Shown: positions 17,774-27,507 of the stretch, in pieces | Position numbering within the stretch: position 1 is the stretch's first letter | Layout of the letters: each line of letters opens with the position of its first letter | Virus record (IMG/VR): IMGVR_UViG_3300018031_000008 | Coordinates: 1 to 50,565 of that record | From: a virus | Taxonomy: Duplodnaviria > Caudoviricetes | DNA length: 50,565 nucleotides | Reading direction: 5' to 3' (one strand) | The notes under the pieces: model-generated | What the model was told of the DNA's origin: nothing | Database searches by the model: none | Seen by the model: only the letters and a program-made list of their open reading frames with translations | Translations under genes and position numbers: made by a program

Positions 17774-18212
17774 TGGGTCCTCCGGGGGGAAAGGACAATA
17801 CTCGAATCTCCGTGACGAGAACCCCATAATCGGATTCCAGACAGTCTATAGAAATTTCAGTCTCGGTGTGCTCCCCAATGGGGGAGGGGGTCACCGTAAA
17901 AGCAAAAGTCTCTTCTTCGCGCACCTCAACCACGCGCAAGACACTCCGTAAAACAATATCCCGTAATATGGCCAGGGATTGAGATACTGCCTCTTGCCGT
18001 TGCTGTTCCGAGAGACCTTCCCACTTTTTGTCCGTGTCTTGCAAACTCTGTACCTGCGTCTCGTGAGAAAGAAAGAGCCCCAAGTCTTTTCCTAACAACT
18101 TACGCACTTGTGCATAGAGGGGATACCCTTCTTGCTGAGACGCCCCAGGTAGCAAGACAAACTTTGTCCCTTTGCGGTGAAACACTTTCAGGCCATTCAC
18201 GGGCACATCCAT
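17694..18212 (-). CDS. tail assembly chaperone (G-like)
   Basis: Position between tube and tape measure; AAGGAG RBS. Confidence 0.7.
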   Translation of the reverse strand: MDVPVNGLKVFHRKGTKFVLLPGASQQEGYPLYAQVRKLLGKDLGLFLSHETQVQSLQDTDKKWEGLSEQQRQEAVSQSLAILRDIVLRSVLRVVEVREEETFAFTVTPSPIGEHTETEISIDCLESDYGVLVTEIRVLSFPPGGPNAGGSFRGERDLADSGLPGEAVRTTP

Positions 18213-18241
18213 GGAGACTCCTTTCTTGAGGTCTAACCCCC

Positions 18242-19207
18242 TTATTGATAGTTGACTTGTGAGTTGACGAGAGTAATCTCAATCGCCTGGTTGGAGCCTG
18301 TGTTGAACACCCCTCGGGCGGCAAAATCTACCGCCACACGCCCCGGACCCCCCACTTGCACAGGCACGCCCTCATACCGGAAGGAGGGCACATCGATGGT
18401 GAGGTAAGGCCCCGAGGTGACCATCGGAGCCAAGTGCAGCAGCAGACGCCGCTCTGTCTGGGAGACAAATTCGCTGTACTCCGTCAAATCCCCCAGATCA
18501 AATCGCCCCGACAACCGCACGTTAGGGAATCCATTCCGCCCAAAGCGCCCCCACCGACGCGTGTTGTCCAGAATCAAGATCCCCTCTACGGGGTTCTCCA
18601 GCACGAGGGTCATCGCTTCAATGCTCGTGTTGGCGGACCCTCCGAGAGAGACCGAGGCCACCGCCCAGGTCCAGGGTGTTGCGGTGGGGAAGGTGGCGGT
18701 GGGCTGGGCCATGAGAGATGTCGTTCGCGCCATCACGTGGGCGGTCGCTCGCACGAGGGCGCCCGTCTCGATGACCAACTCCATTCGCGGGAAGATCGCA
18801 TCGGTGAATTGATACGAGCGATCCACTCCCCGGTAAATCTGTGTGGTGTACGGGGGTAAGGGAGATGACCCACCAAAGTCCGCGAGGCGGAAGGTGAACG
18901 TGTGCTTGTAGTCTTGGAAGCCCGTGACCGAGGTCAGGTTAATCGAACTCGCCTGCCCAAACACCCCGCGCAGGAAGTGCCCAATGTCGCGCGGATGGGG
19001 TTCCATAACAATGTCCCCCTCCGCTCGATCGTGACCCGCAACCACCCCCGGCTCCACGAGGCTGGCCTTGATCCCTAGTTGTGTAATCAGGTCAATTTGG
19101 TGAACAAGAGTTTCCGAGACGAATGGCAGGAAAAACCAGCTCGCGGTGTTCGTGCCAAAACTGTTTTGGCGACTGACGGCCAAATGCCCGAGTGCCCCTG
19201 TGCTCAT
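18242..19207 (-). CDS. tail tube (major tail) protein
   Basis: FLPFVSETL, EGDIVMEPHP...GHFLRGVFG, beta-rich, ITLVN C-terminus; position. Confidence 0.85.
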   Translation of the reverse strand: MSTGALGHLAVSRQNSFGTNTASWFFLPFVSETLVHQIDLITQLGIKASLVEPGVVAGHDRAEGDIVMEPHPRDIGHFLRGVFGQASSINLTSVTGFQDYKHTFTFRLADFGGSSPLPPYTTQIYRGVDRSYQFTDAIFPRMELVIETGALVRATAHVMARTTSLMAQPTATFPTATPWTWAVASVSLGGSANTSIEAMTLVLENPVEGILILDNTRRWGRFGRNGFPNVRLSGRFDLGDLTEYSEFVSQTERRLLLHLAPMVTSGPYLTIDVPSFRYEGVPVQVGGPGRVAVDFAARGVFNTGSNQAIEITLVNSQVNYQ

Positions 19208-19248
19208 GGTTATATCTCATGTGGCCACTCTGGGCACCCCTGTGCGTA

Positions 19249-19689
19249 TTACGTCGTTGTCGCAGTCTGCTCCACATCGAGCAAGATGCTTCCCCCCATG
19301 AGAAATCCCGCCTCCGTGCGCCCCGATTCGAATTCTCCTCCAGTGATACGCGCCAAGGCGACAGTACTCCCCAGGGTCGGATCGTTGAGCAGCGCAATCT
19401 CCACTTTCCCCATCAAGTCATCCCGCTTGCGGGAGGCCGCGGTCAGGGATTCCGTGTCGTGTTCAAAGCACCACACCTCAAACCGCACACGGAAGCGCTG
19501 CTGCTTTCCCGCCGCAATGGGACCTCCCGCATCTTGCCGACTCGCCAAGTAAATCCCGATCCAGGGAACCTGCTCCACAGCCAGTTCCACATCTTCTTCG
19601 AGGGTAATCGTCGCTCCCGAAAGATCGCTCGCAGCCCGAAGGGCCGTTTCAATCGCTTGCTCAATGACAAAGTAATTGATACGGGCCAC
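19249..19689 (-). CDS. tail terminator / completion protein
   Basis: PWIGIY, VEIALLNDPTLGSTV; upstream of tube. Confidence 0.7.
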   Translation of the reverse strand: MARINYFVIEQAIETALRAASDLSGATITLEEDVELAVEQVPWIGIYLASRQDAGGPIAAGKQQRFRVRFEVWCFEHDTESLTAASRKRDDLMGKVEIALLNDPTLGSTVALARITGGEFESGRTEAGFLMGGSILLDVEQTATTT

Positions 19690-20337
19690 TTACCCTCCCC
19701 CACGTTGTGTTAGCACATCTCGAATATAGCCTGCAACAGTTTTCACCGCAATGTCTTGCGCGACACCAGGAGAAGGCAGCAGAGGACGGGCAGGGAGCCC
19801 AGGGTGGCGAACTTTTTTCACCACCAAGAAGGGCAAGCGGGCAAAGTCCTTTTTCGATCGCCCCGCCCCACGAAACGTGGTGAATCCCCCTTTCCCTCGC
19901 TTCTCCCCTCGGAGAAATTTCTGTGTGCCCACAGCCGATTTGACTTTCCCATGGGGAGAGGGAAAAGCGAGGGCTTTTTTGTTCCGGGGATAGATTGTAT
20001 AGGGGGCCGTTCCCTTATGATGCCACTCCGCCCGAGGATCTGCGCTCCCGACAACAGCTTCTGTTGCCGTCGCCCGATACGTAAAACTTTGCCGCAACCG
20101 TCCACTATCCTGCAAGGGGACACTGCTCTTCCTTCGGCGTCCCAAAATAGTTCCCTCTTTTAGCGGGGCCCAGGGGCGCTCTGTCCCGCCCTCCTGAAAA
20201 TTTTTCTGTATCCACTTCCAGAGTTGGAGAGCGATTCGCTCGTGAACAGGTTGCAAATTCTCCAGGCTTGCGTGCAAGCGAAGCAAGAGACGCTGCACGA
20301 TATCCGTCCCCGTAATCTGAATGCTAATTCCTGCCAT
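19690..20337 (-). CDS. virion morphogenesis / tail completion protein (Mu gpG/P2 gpS-like)
   Basis: NFQEGG..PWAPLK, LQDSGRLRQS, HPGLPARPLL. Confidence 0.85.
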   Translation of the reverse strand: MAGISIQITGTDIVQRLLLRLHASLENLQPVHERIALQLWKWIQKNFQEGGTERPWAPLKEGTILGRRRKSSVPLQDSGRLRQSFTYRATATEAVVGSADPRAEWHHKGTAPYTIYPRNKKALAFPSPHGKVKSAVGTQKFLRGEKRGKGGFTTFRGAGRSKKDFARLPFLVVKKVRHPGLPARPLLPSPGVAQDIAVKTVAGYIRDVLTQRGGG

Positions 20338-20348
20338 CTCGTGTCCTT

Positions 20349-20831
20349 CTAAGGGAGACGATTATCGCGTTCATCTTGTACGCGATCAGGGTCAATCACA
20401 GCGTCTTCCGCTCCCAACGCAGCGGCCCACGTCGGGACATATTTCTCTGTCGAGGACCACGGGGTGAGCGTCTCCCGATCTCCTATGAGGGTCACCCCCG
20501 CCGACGTGACGAGATACAGAGACCCTGCCGCGAGAGCCGTCAACCGGTCCCGGGCATCTGTGAGCCAACCCTCCACCCACTCGCTGGCGTTTTCTTTTTG
20601 TTGACTGAAAAATCGGCGCAGGATGCGGGCCGTGGCGAGCGTTTCGGTGATATCCTTCAAGAGGGGAGGGGACCCCGCGACAGGCACAGTATAGCGGCCC
20701 GCAATCGAGGCATGGACATCCGCCTCCGCCCGATTGATAAAGGACTCGATGTTTACAGACGTGAGAGTGGTAACCGATTTCAGAGCGGAATAGAGTTCGA
20801 GGACGCCATCTACCGTTCCATAATTAGGCAC
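20349..20831 (-). CDS. head-tail adaptor (Mu gp36/DUF1320-like)
   Basis: YGTVDGV...INRAEADVHASIAGRYTVPV...PPLLK. Confidence 0.8.
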   Translation of the reverse strand: MPNYGTVDGVLELYSALKSVTTLTSVNIESFINRAEADVHASIAGRYTVPVAGSPPLLKDITETLATARILRRFFSQQKENASEWVEGWLTDARDRLTALAAGSLYLVTSAGVTLIGDRETLTPWSSTEKYVPTWAAALGAEDAVIDPDRVQDERDNRLP

Positions 20832-20865
20832 CGTCCACTACTCACTGTGCCACTCATAGGGCAAG

Positions 20866-21129
20866 TCACTCCTTTGACGGCGTGACAACACGCTGTTCCA
20901 TACTTTTCCAGGGCTTCCCCGCATAGATCGTGGTGACACTCTGAATCAGGGAGGGCGACGAGCGCACAATGACGCCGCGCCATTTACAGATACGGCACAT
21001 CGCCCGCAAGACGCCAAAGAGATACTCACTCAACACCGTATAACAATTAGGGCAGCGCACGCGGTAGGCTTCATCCGGGGCGTGAATGTGCTGGGCCTCC
21101 TTGAAGAACGTCTCCAACTCTACGCCCAT
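20866..21129 (-). CDS. Com-like zinc-ribbon protein
   Basis: RVRCPNCYTVL...MCRICK resembles the Mu Com CxxC...CxxC spacing. Confidence 0.55.
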   Translation of the reverse strand: MGVELETFFKEAQHIHAPDEAYRVRCPNCYTVLSEYLFGVLRAMCRICKWRGVIVRSSPSLIQSVTTIYAGKPWKSMEQRVVTPSKE

Positions 21130-21130
21130 C

Positions 21131-24007
21131 TTAGGCGTACCTCCCTGTAAAGGGACTCACCGCACTTTTGGCTTGGGCGTCCAAGGAGCGGATCCAGGCC
21201 TCCACAGAGGAAAAGCGTCCCCGTCGGGCTTCCCCCGGAGCGGCGCCTGTCCCCGGCGCGGCCCCCAGAGACCAGACCGCCTCAAACCCTCGCCCGAGAA
21301 TAGCGAGCGCCTCGGAATAGTAATCGAGGCCATCTCGGGCATATAGGCTAGTATCCGCCAAAAATTCCTTTTCGTAAAGAGTTATTGCGTCCTCGCAATA
21401 TTTGACAACCTCGGGGGTCATCTGCCCCTTGTTACGTTCCAACTCGTACCGCGCGAGGTGAAGGAGATCGCGAATCCACAAAAACTTCCCCAGGGTGCGT
21501 TCGGGATACTTCCGCCGATCCGCAATCATGAGGCCAATGTTCCGTTGGAACTTCACCCGCCGTCCTTCTTCCACAAGGTACCCATCATGGGCGATGTCCA
21601 CGTCGGAAAGCACAATCGCGGGCACGACACTTTCGTTCAGAGCAGTTTCCGGATGCTCATGCACCTTCCCGAAGAAGCGTATCCCCTTACCATTGCGAAA
21701 GACCCGAATAGGAAGATCCGGCTTGAACGCATTGGGGGGGGAAGCACTAAAATGATGTTGCCGAATAGCGTACCCATTAAAACAATTGCGCCGTATGTAC
21801 TTCTCGAGGTTGGGTGCGCGGAGCAACTCTTCATCGGCATCGATCCAGATGATCCAGTCCCCTGTCGCTTCTTTGATCGAGATATTCCGCACCCCCTCAA
21901 ATCCCCAGGGTTCATGATCCGTGGAGGAGAAGTGGGCGGATTCCAATTCTTTTTCACAGGTGAGACAGTACAAGGGAGAGGGGGAGTCCAGGACCCGAGC
22001 CCCCAGACTTATAGCGAATTCCCGCGTGCGATCTGTTGAGCTACAGTCGGCCACAATAATTTCTGCGGCGAGAGGGCGAATACTGCGCAAGGCGCGAATA
22101 AGCAGCGCTTCTGCATTCTTTGTAATGATGCACGCGGAGACTGTTTGCTTGCTGGGCCGATATTTCGTCTTGGCCATCTGCGGGGCTGCCACGCTTCGCC
22201 ACAGATCCTCCCACAGGGGGCGCCAATACTTGGTCAAGACGGTAGACCAAGGAAGAGCCACAGAGGGGTCCACAATCATTTTCGCCCGCTCTTCCCGCTG
22301 CCAGGGGGAGGATTGCAGGGCGTGTACCAGTTGGGTCACAAAGTTCTGCGGAGAAGTTTTCCGCCCGTATCGCACGGTCTCCTGCAACGCCATAGTGGGG
22401 ACCACCACAGGGACAGCCCCCAATCTTTGTGCTTTGACAGCAGTCAGGCAAAACCGCTCTCCACCCGTACAAGGATAGACCCACACCGCTGCGGTGAGGA
22501 AGGGGGACAGGTCCCCCCCTGTGGTCCGGGGATGCACAACAATGCCCGGCTGGTCCATCTTGCCCACCATCAGGGTTTTCCACGTCACGGCCTCCGCATT
22601 CCCCGCTGTCAACCGATCGAAAAGATCCCATCCATACCACACATGGAGTTCGGCCTGGGTCACTTGTCGGCGGATGTCTCCCCACTTGTCCAGCAGGAAC
22701 TCTAACCCCCGATCGAACGACGAGGCATACACCATATGCGCAGGATTTCTGTCTAAGAGAACAGAAGTCTCCCAATACAGGGCGGGCAATCCGAGGGGAA
22801 TCGCCACGATTTTCTCTGGAGACACCCCCGGATTCAACGAGAGAATCTCCCGTCGGTGCCATTCGGAGAGAGCGATAATCTTGTGGAGGCGAGCTACCCG
22901 TTCAGGGGTCAACATGGAGGGATCACAGGGATCTGCTGTCCAAAACAGCAGACGTTTCGTGTTTACGGGCACATCGAGAAAGCACTTCATAGAGATGCAC
23001 ACGTCGCGAGCCTCGTCCGGGTTGAAGGCGTTGTGCGGGGCATAGTGCACTCGCGCAGGGGAGACCCATTCCCCAGAAACCTCTGCGGGGGGATTATAGT
23101 ACACCTCCGTCTCGTGTCCCTGCTGGGCCAACGTCTCCGCAAATTCCACCACCGCCTCTTCGCTCCCTCCGTAACTTTTCGAGTCTTGTGGGTTCCAGCC
23201 CCCCGCAACAGGATTAACCATAAAGGTGATCTTGGGCCGCCGGTACCAGAGAATCTGTTCTCGATGCGATGCGGGTTGAAGAATCACGTGCCCCCCCACC
23301 ACACGATCGCCAATCGCCGCCCGTAACTCCTCCTCATTCAGACACCGCACATGCTCACGCGCTTCATGTTCATTCTCGTAGTGGGGCACAGCGGTCGCGG
23401 GGGTAGTGATGTAGATCCACCCCCCAGGAGCCAGGCGCCGTTCCGCCGCACGGAGCAGGGCGACAGGGTCAGGGACATGCTCCAGGAGTTCCATAATCAA
23501 GATGGCATCCACCAATTCCGTGAGTCCAGGTTGTGAGGGATCCTGGCTCTCCGCAAAATCATTGACAAACTCACACGACAAGCCAAGCATCTGTGCGCTA
23601 TTCTGCGCATGTGCGAGAGCCGTTGCATCCAGGTCCACCCCAATCCCTCGAGCTTTGTAGGCCAAGCACAAGTGTAACAGGGCGAACCCATCGAAGCACC
23701 CCAGATCGAGAATGGTCTGTGGGGGATGCTCGGCCATCGCCGCTCGGACCTGGGCAAGACGCGGAATTCGTTGGTCCATCGTCGGAATACTCTGCGCGGG
23801 CACAAAAGTCCCGCGATGCGCCGTATAAAAGTCCCGATAGGCTTCGGGGGAGGCCAGGTGAGCAACCCACTCCTGAATCTTCTGCCGTGCTCTCTTTCCC
23901 GCCTCCTCCTCGTGGTGCGCGGCACAATACTCTTCGATCAACCGTTGGGCATCCAGAGCCCGATCTTGCCACAGCAGAGCCACAATGCTTTCAGGCGTGT
24001 GTGCCAT
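21131..24007 (-). CDS. tri-domain SAM methyltransferase + GT-B (GT4-like) + GT-A (GT2) protein
   Basis: ILDLGCFDG and ELLEHVPDP (MTase); YGGSEEA, YASSFDRGL, ERFCLTAVKAQ (GT4-like); VSACIITKN, WIDADE, FFGKVHE, IAHDGY (GT2). Confidence 0.9.
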   Translation of the reverse strand: MAHTPESIVALLWQDRALDAQRLIEEYCAAHHEEEAGKRARQKIQEWVAHLASPEAYRDFYTAHRGTFVPAQSIPTMDQRIPRLAQVRAAMAEHPPQTILDLGCFDGFALLHLCLAYKARGIGVDLDATALAHAQNSAQMLGLSCEFVNDFAESQDPSQPGLTELVDAILIMELLEHVPDPVALLRAAERRLAPGGWIYITTPATAVPHYENEHEAREHVRCLNEEELRAAIGDRVVGGHVILQPASHREQILWYRRPKITFMVNPVAGGWNPQDSKSYGGSEEAVVEFAETLAQQGHETEVYYNPPAEVSGEWVSPARVHYAPHNAFNPDEARDVCISMKCFLDVPVNTKRLLFWTADPCDPSMLTPERVARLHKIIALSEWHRREILSLNPGVSPEKIVAIPLGLPALYWETSVLLDRNPAHMVYASSFDRGLEFLLDKWGDIRRQVTQAELHVWYGWDLFDRLTAGNAEAVTWKTLMVGKMDQPGIVVHPRTTGGDLSPFLTAAVWVYPCTGGERFCLTAVKAQRLGAVPVVVPTMALQETVRYGRKTSPQNFVTQLVHALQSSPWQREERAKMIVDPSVALPWSTVLTKYWRPLWEDLWRSVAAPQMAKTKYRPSKQTVSACIITKNAEALLIRALRSIRPLAAEIIVADCSSTDRTREFAISLGARVLDSPSPLYCLTCEKELESAHFSSTDHEPWGFEGVRNISIKEATGDWIIWIDADEELLRAPNLEKYIRRNCFNGYAIRQHHFSASPPNAFKPDLPIRVFRNGKGIRFFGKVHEHPETALNESVVPAIVLSDVDIAHDGYLVEEGRRVKFQRNIGLMIADRRKYPERTLGKFLWIRDLLHLARYELERNKGQMTPEVVKYCEDAITLYEKEFLADTSLYARDGLDYYSEALAILGRGFEAVWSLGAAPGTGAAPGEARRGRFSSVEAWIRSLDAQAKSAVSPFTGRYA

Positions 24008-25100
24008 TCTCTCCTCCGATGGTGTCCACTATCTGTTCCCACTGCTCCGCAACGCCATCCCAGTCAAGCCCTTTCGCATGGAGCAGACCCGCCTGTGAGG
24101 CCCGAGTCCAGGCAGCCTCATCCCGCAACAAGTGGAGGCAGGCGTCCACAAATTTTTCCTGATAAACAGAGTCTGCCGCGCCTTTCCCCTCTTCCCAGGG
24201 GATAAGAACACCTGCGTCGGGGTGTAAGGTCTCCGGCAACGCGGCCAACTGCGACCCCACGAAAGGCAATCCACAGGCCATCGTTTCCATTGCACTGATA
24301 CACGAAATCTCCTCAAACGAAGAGGGGTAGATGTACAGTGCGGCGGTTTTGTACAGCTTATACAAATCCTTTTTGTTGAGGGCCCCCAGATGACGGACCC
24401 GCCCCCCAAAGTAATTGATGAGAGCATGACACTTCTCGTAGAGCGGGCGGAGTTGGTCTGTGTAATTGTCATACCCTCCCAGATACAGGCGAAGATCGGG
24501 ATCTTTTTGCAACAGACGCGGGAAAGTCTGTTCGAGGAGAATCTCCAACCCTCGTTCCGGGCGAGCCGTAAAGACAAGAGCCTTCCGATCGCGCACCGTG
24601 ACAGGGGGGGGCACGCTCGCAATCAACTCGAGATCTACGCCATTGCGCGTCACCGTGAAGGCGGCATCCGGCAAGCCATAGACTTCTTGATATTGCCGCT
24701 TCATAAACTCGGAGAGCACCAACAGGCGATCCACGCTCCACATAACACCACGAATGGGATCCCCATAGCGTTTGAGGGCCAAATCGTGCATCCACCAGAG
24801 GCGTACGCCTGAGAGCAGAGGAACAGTCAGAGGGTGGGGCACCCGCTGAATCACCGTCACATCGTGGGGGGTTTTCAACGCCCACTCCAAAAAGCGATCT
24901 ACCCGGATAAAGTGCACCCGATCATAAAAGAGACCTTCTTTGGGGCACCGGCAGAAGAGATACACTGTGTGCCCGCGCTTGGCTAAGGCCCGAGCGACAC
25001 AGAGACCTGCGGTCTCAGACCCTCCAACCGACTTCGTCTCGTAGACCTCGGGATCGAGGGGCATTCCTTCGACAAAAAACACCCAACTGAGAGGATCCAC
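23991..25100 (-). CDS. GT-B glycosyltransferase (GT4-like)
   Basis: VGGSETA, WMHD, RNGVD, TARPERGL, YPSSFEEISCISAME. Confidence 0.9.
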   Translation of the reverse strand: MDPLSWVFFVEGMPLDPEVYETKSVGGSETAGLCVARALAKRGHTVYLFCRCPKEGLFYDRVHFIRVDRFLEWALKTPHDVTVIQRVPHPLTVPLLSGVRLWWMHDLALKRYGDPIRGVMWSVDRLLVLSEFMKRQYQEVYGLPDAAFTVTRNGVDLELIASVPPPVTVRDRKALVFTARPERGLEILLEQTFPRLLQKDPDLRLYLGGYDNYTDQLRPLYEKCHALINYFGGRVRHLGALNKKDLYKLYKTAALYIYPSSFEEISCISAMETMACGLPFVGSQLAALPETLHPDAGVLIPWEEGKGAADSVYQEKFVDACLHLLRDEAAWTRASQAGLLHAKGLDWDGVAEQWEQIVDTIGGENGTHA

Positions 25101-25138
25101 AATACACTTTCAGGGCCACTGCGGGCACGGCGCGAAAA

Positions 25139-25258
25139 CTACATCCTATTCAGTTTAACCAGCAACATGCCAAAAGCGACGAATCCGGCCAACGACCAAA
25201 ACATGAGGCCAAAGGCCGTTGCGTACATTACCCATGGGGGAAACACCGGAGCGCACAT
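25139..25258 (-). CDS. 39-aa membrane peptide
   Basis: AAGGAG RBS; MCAPVFPPWVMYATAFGLMFWSLAGFVAFGMLLVKLNRM. Confidence 0.45.
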   Translation of the reverse strand: MCAPVFPPWVMYATAFGLMFWSLAGFVAFGMLLVKLNRM

Positions 25259-25272
25259 AGATTCTCCTTTCC

Positions 25273-26085
25273 TCAACCACTCGCAACCACCTGTCCGTGC
25301 TTCCATCCCCCTAAATCGGATTCCTTAAACTGAATATAGGCCTCCCGACTCACGGCTGGATGTCGCGCTAGCACCTCAGGATGATCTTTCCACTTCTCAC
25401 GGAACCGTTCACCGTCGCGCATCTCTACTTCAGTATCTTCCGCACTCGTGAAGCTGTCTCGCCTGCTCTGTTTATCGAGATGGCAGATAGGCAAATCTGC
25501 CACCCTGGCCGGCAGAAGGGTCGTGTCTTGTTGCTCACTCGCTTTCACAATGAGACGTTCCACATAATCCGTATCCCCAAAACAGACATAGAAACGGGGA
25601 TCAAACCACCCCACTTCTTCACGCAACCTCGGCCAATCCATGAGCACGCAAGCCCCGTTATACCCTGGGTGAAGAGGGAGAACTGTGGGGATCTTCGCTA
25701 AGTGAGGCAGGGCCGCTAAGCCCGTGACCACATCCGGACCCACAAAGGCTTGGCGCTTCTCCTGAAAAATACGCTGTAAGGCCGGCACCACTCCTGGCCC
25801 AAGGAGCACATCGGAAGTGAGCACGAGCACGCTCTCACTGCGGGAAAGAGCCAGCCCCCGATTCACCGAAGCCCACACCCCAATGTTTCTCTCGTGGACA
25901 ATCACCTGATGCCGCGCGAGGTTCTGGACATGGGCCAAGATTGGTCGTATCTCGGGGTCCGTCGAGCAATTGTCTAAGACCACGACGGAGGCAATCTCTT
26001 TCGAGAATCCAAAGGCCCAAAAAGAGGTGAGGGCCAGCCACAAGGACACAGGAGCATTCCTCACGGGCATAATGACATCTATCAT
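25273..26085 (-). CDS. GT2 glycosyltransferase
   Basis: IDVIMPVRN, VLDNCSTD, NRGL, LTSDV, VGWFDPRF...FGDTDY. Confidence 0.88.
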   Translation of the reverse strand: MIDVIMPVRNAPVSLWLALTSFWAFGFSKEIASVVVLDNCSTDPEIRPILAHVQNLARHQVIVHERNIGVWASVNRGLALSRSESVLVLTSDVLLGPGVVPALQRIFQEKRQAFVGPDVVTGLAALPHLAKIPTVLPLHPGYNGACVLMDWPRLREEVGWFDPRFYVCFGDTDYVERLIVKASEQQDTTLLPARVADLPICHLDKQSRRDSFTSAEDTEVEMRDGERFREKWKDHPEVLARHPAVSREAYIQFKESDLGGWKHGQVVASG

Positions 26086-26450
26086 GGGGGGTCTCCCTCC
26101 TTTATGGGGGGCTCGGGGAAGTTCGTCTCCAGAGCATAACCAGCCCCCCGCACCTCACTCAATTCGCCCATGAATGTCAATGGCCCTGACCCTTCAGGGA
26201 GCTGGAGAATCAAACGATCCGCGATCCCATAGACCACCCTCTGGAGGCGCTGTCGAGCCGCGAGATCCTTCTGCCCACTCGCGTTAAATTCGGCCCACAT
26301 CACAAGGATACGCAATTCGTGGATCGTGATCCTCACCGCCACTTTCTTGTCCAGGTCTGCGGGGATTCCCTCATCCCCACACTGGGGGCATGCCTTGAGT
26401 TCAGGATTAGGCTCGACTTCGTGAGAACAATGGAGACAGAGCCAACTCAT
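26082..26450 (-). CDS. hypothetical zinc-ribbon protein
   Basis: CLHC...CPQC; ATGA coupling on both sides. Confidence 0.65.
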   Translation of the reverse strand: MSWLCLHCSHEVEPNPELKACPQCGDEGIPADLDKKVAVRITIHELRILVMWAEFNASGQKDLAARQRLQRVVYGIADRLILQLPEGSGPLTFMGELSEVRGAGYALETNFPEPPIKEGDPP

Positions 26451-27259
26451 TGCAGCTTCCCTGGCTGTAGCAGGGTTCCCTCTGTGTCTTTTTCTTCGAC
26501 ACCGCTGGGGGGCACCCTCACATGCTGTTCCTCCGCAATCGCCTGCAGAATTTCTGTGGGAATCACTCCCAGCGCCATGTCGCCGTACTCGCCAATGAGA
26601 ATTTTCGCCTCATGGAGACGGGTCTGATCGTGGCGTTCTTTCTGGTAGTACGAGGAGGTCGCACCCCACCGCGCCCGATCCCCCTGCTCCCACGGAGGGA
26701 GATCGTCGCGCAGAAACGGTTCTTTCGTGTGTTGCACCATCGTGGTGCCACACAGGACGAGGCGCCACCCCGCCGCGCGACACTGCAGGGACATCGCGAC
26801 ATCGTCCAAGTAGGTAATCCGAGGGTCATAGTGCGGGCGCCACGCGAGAGAGTAGAGAATACAGAACCCGAAACACGTGACCATCTCCGCCGTTTTTCCG
26901 TGTACCAGAGCATCTTGCAGCGGGGTGAACCCATCCTTCGTTTCCATCGGATTGATCATTCCCACTTGATCAATGCTCCACGCAGTGGCCATAAGATCCC
27001 GCAACCATCCCGCAGACACGATAGTGGTGTCATCCTCCAATATCACAACGTGACTGTATCCGCGTTGCTCGGCCCACGTAAAGACTCGTTGGCGCTTTTC
27101 TCCTCGCGGGAGAGCGGGACTGACCTCTAAGCGAAGGGCGAAAGACATCCCCGCATCCACCGTTCGCAGAGATTCGAGGCATCGCTTCAGTAAAGGATTG
27201 CTCTCTTCCCCGTGGCGAGAAGCAATGCCCACCGCGACACCCCCCCGCTCCCGTGTCAC
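26447..27259 (-). CDS. GT-A fold glycosyltransferase (GT2-like)
   Basis: VILEDDT DxD-type motif, GWLRDL, GFCILY, YLDDVAMSLQCRAAGW. Confidence 0.75.
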   Translation of the reverse strand: MTRERGGVAVGIASRHGEESNPLLKRCLESLRTVDAGMSFALRLEVSPALPRGEKRQRVFTWAEQRGYSHVVILEDDTTIVSAGWLRDLMATAWSIDQVGMINPMETKDGFTPLQDALVHGKTAEMVTCFGFCILYSLAWRPHYDPRITYLDDVAMSLQCRAAGWRLVLCGTTMVQHTKEPFLRDDLPPWEQGDRARWGATSSYYQKERHDQTRLHEAKILIGEYGDMALGVIPTEILQAIAEEQHVRVPPSGVEEKDTEGTLLQPGKLQ

Positions 27260-27486
27260 AGCTGCAACCTCACTGTCGCAGGGAAATTCTCAAAGGTCAG
27301 CTTCTCCTTGCAGTCGTCACAGAGGAGTCGGTTGTGACCAGAGTGCTGTATATCGTTGAAGTAGATCACCAGCCACCCCTCGGGAATCGCCGCATATCGT
27401 AAAGGGGAAAGAATATCTTGAGAATAGGTGTGGTTATCCTCTTTCCCACAGCCGTCGCACCGACAAACGATGTGATGCGTAATCAT
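27256..27486 (-). CDS. small zinc-finger protein
   Basis: CDGCG...PEGW...LCDDC; GGAGG RBS. Confidence 0.65.
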   Translation of the reverse strand: MITHHIVCRCDGCGKEDNHTYSQDILSPLRYAAIPEGWLVIYFNDIQHSGHNRLLCDDCKEKLTFENFPATVRLQL

Positions 27487-27507
27487 ACAGTACCCTCCAT
27501 CGTCGAA

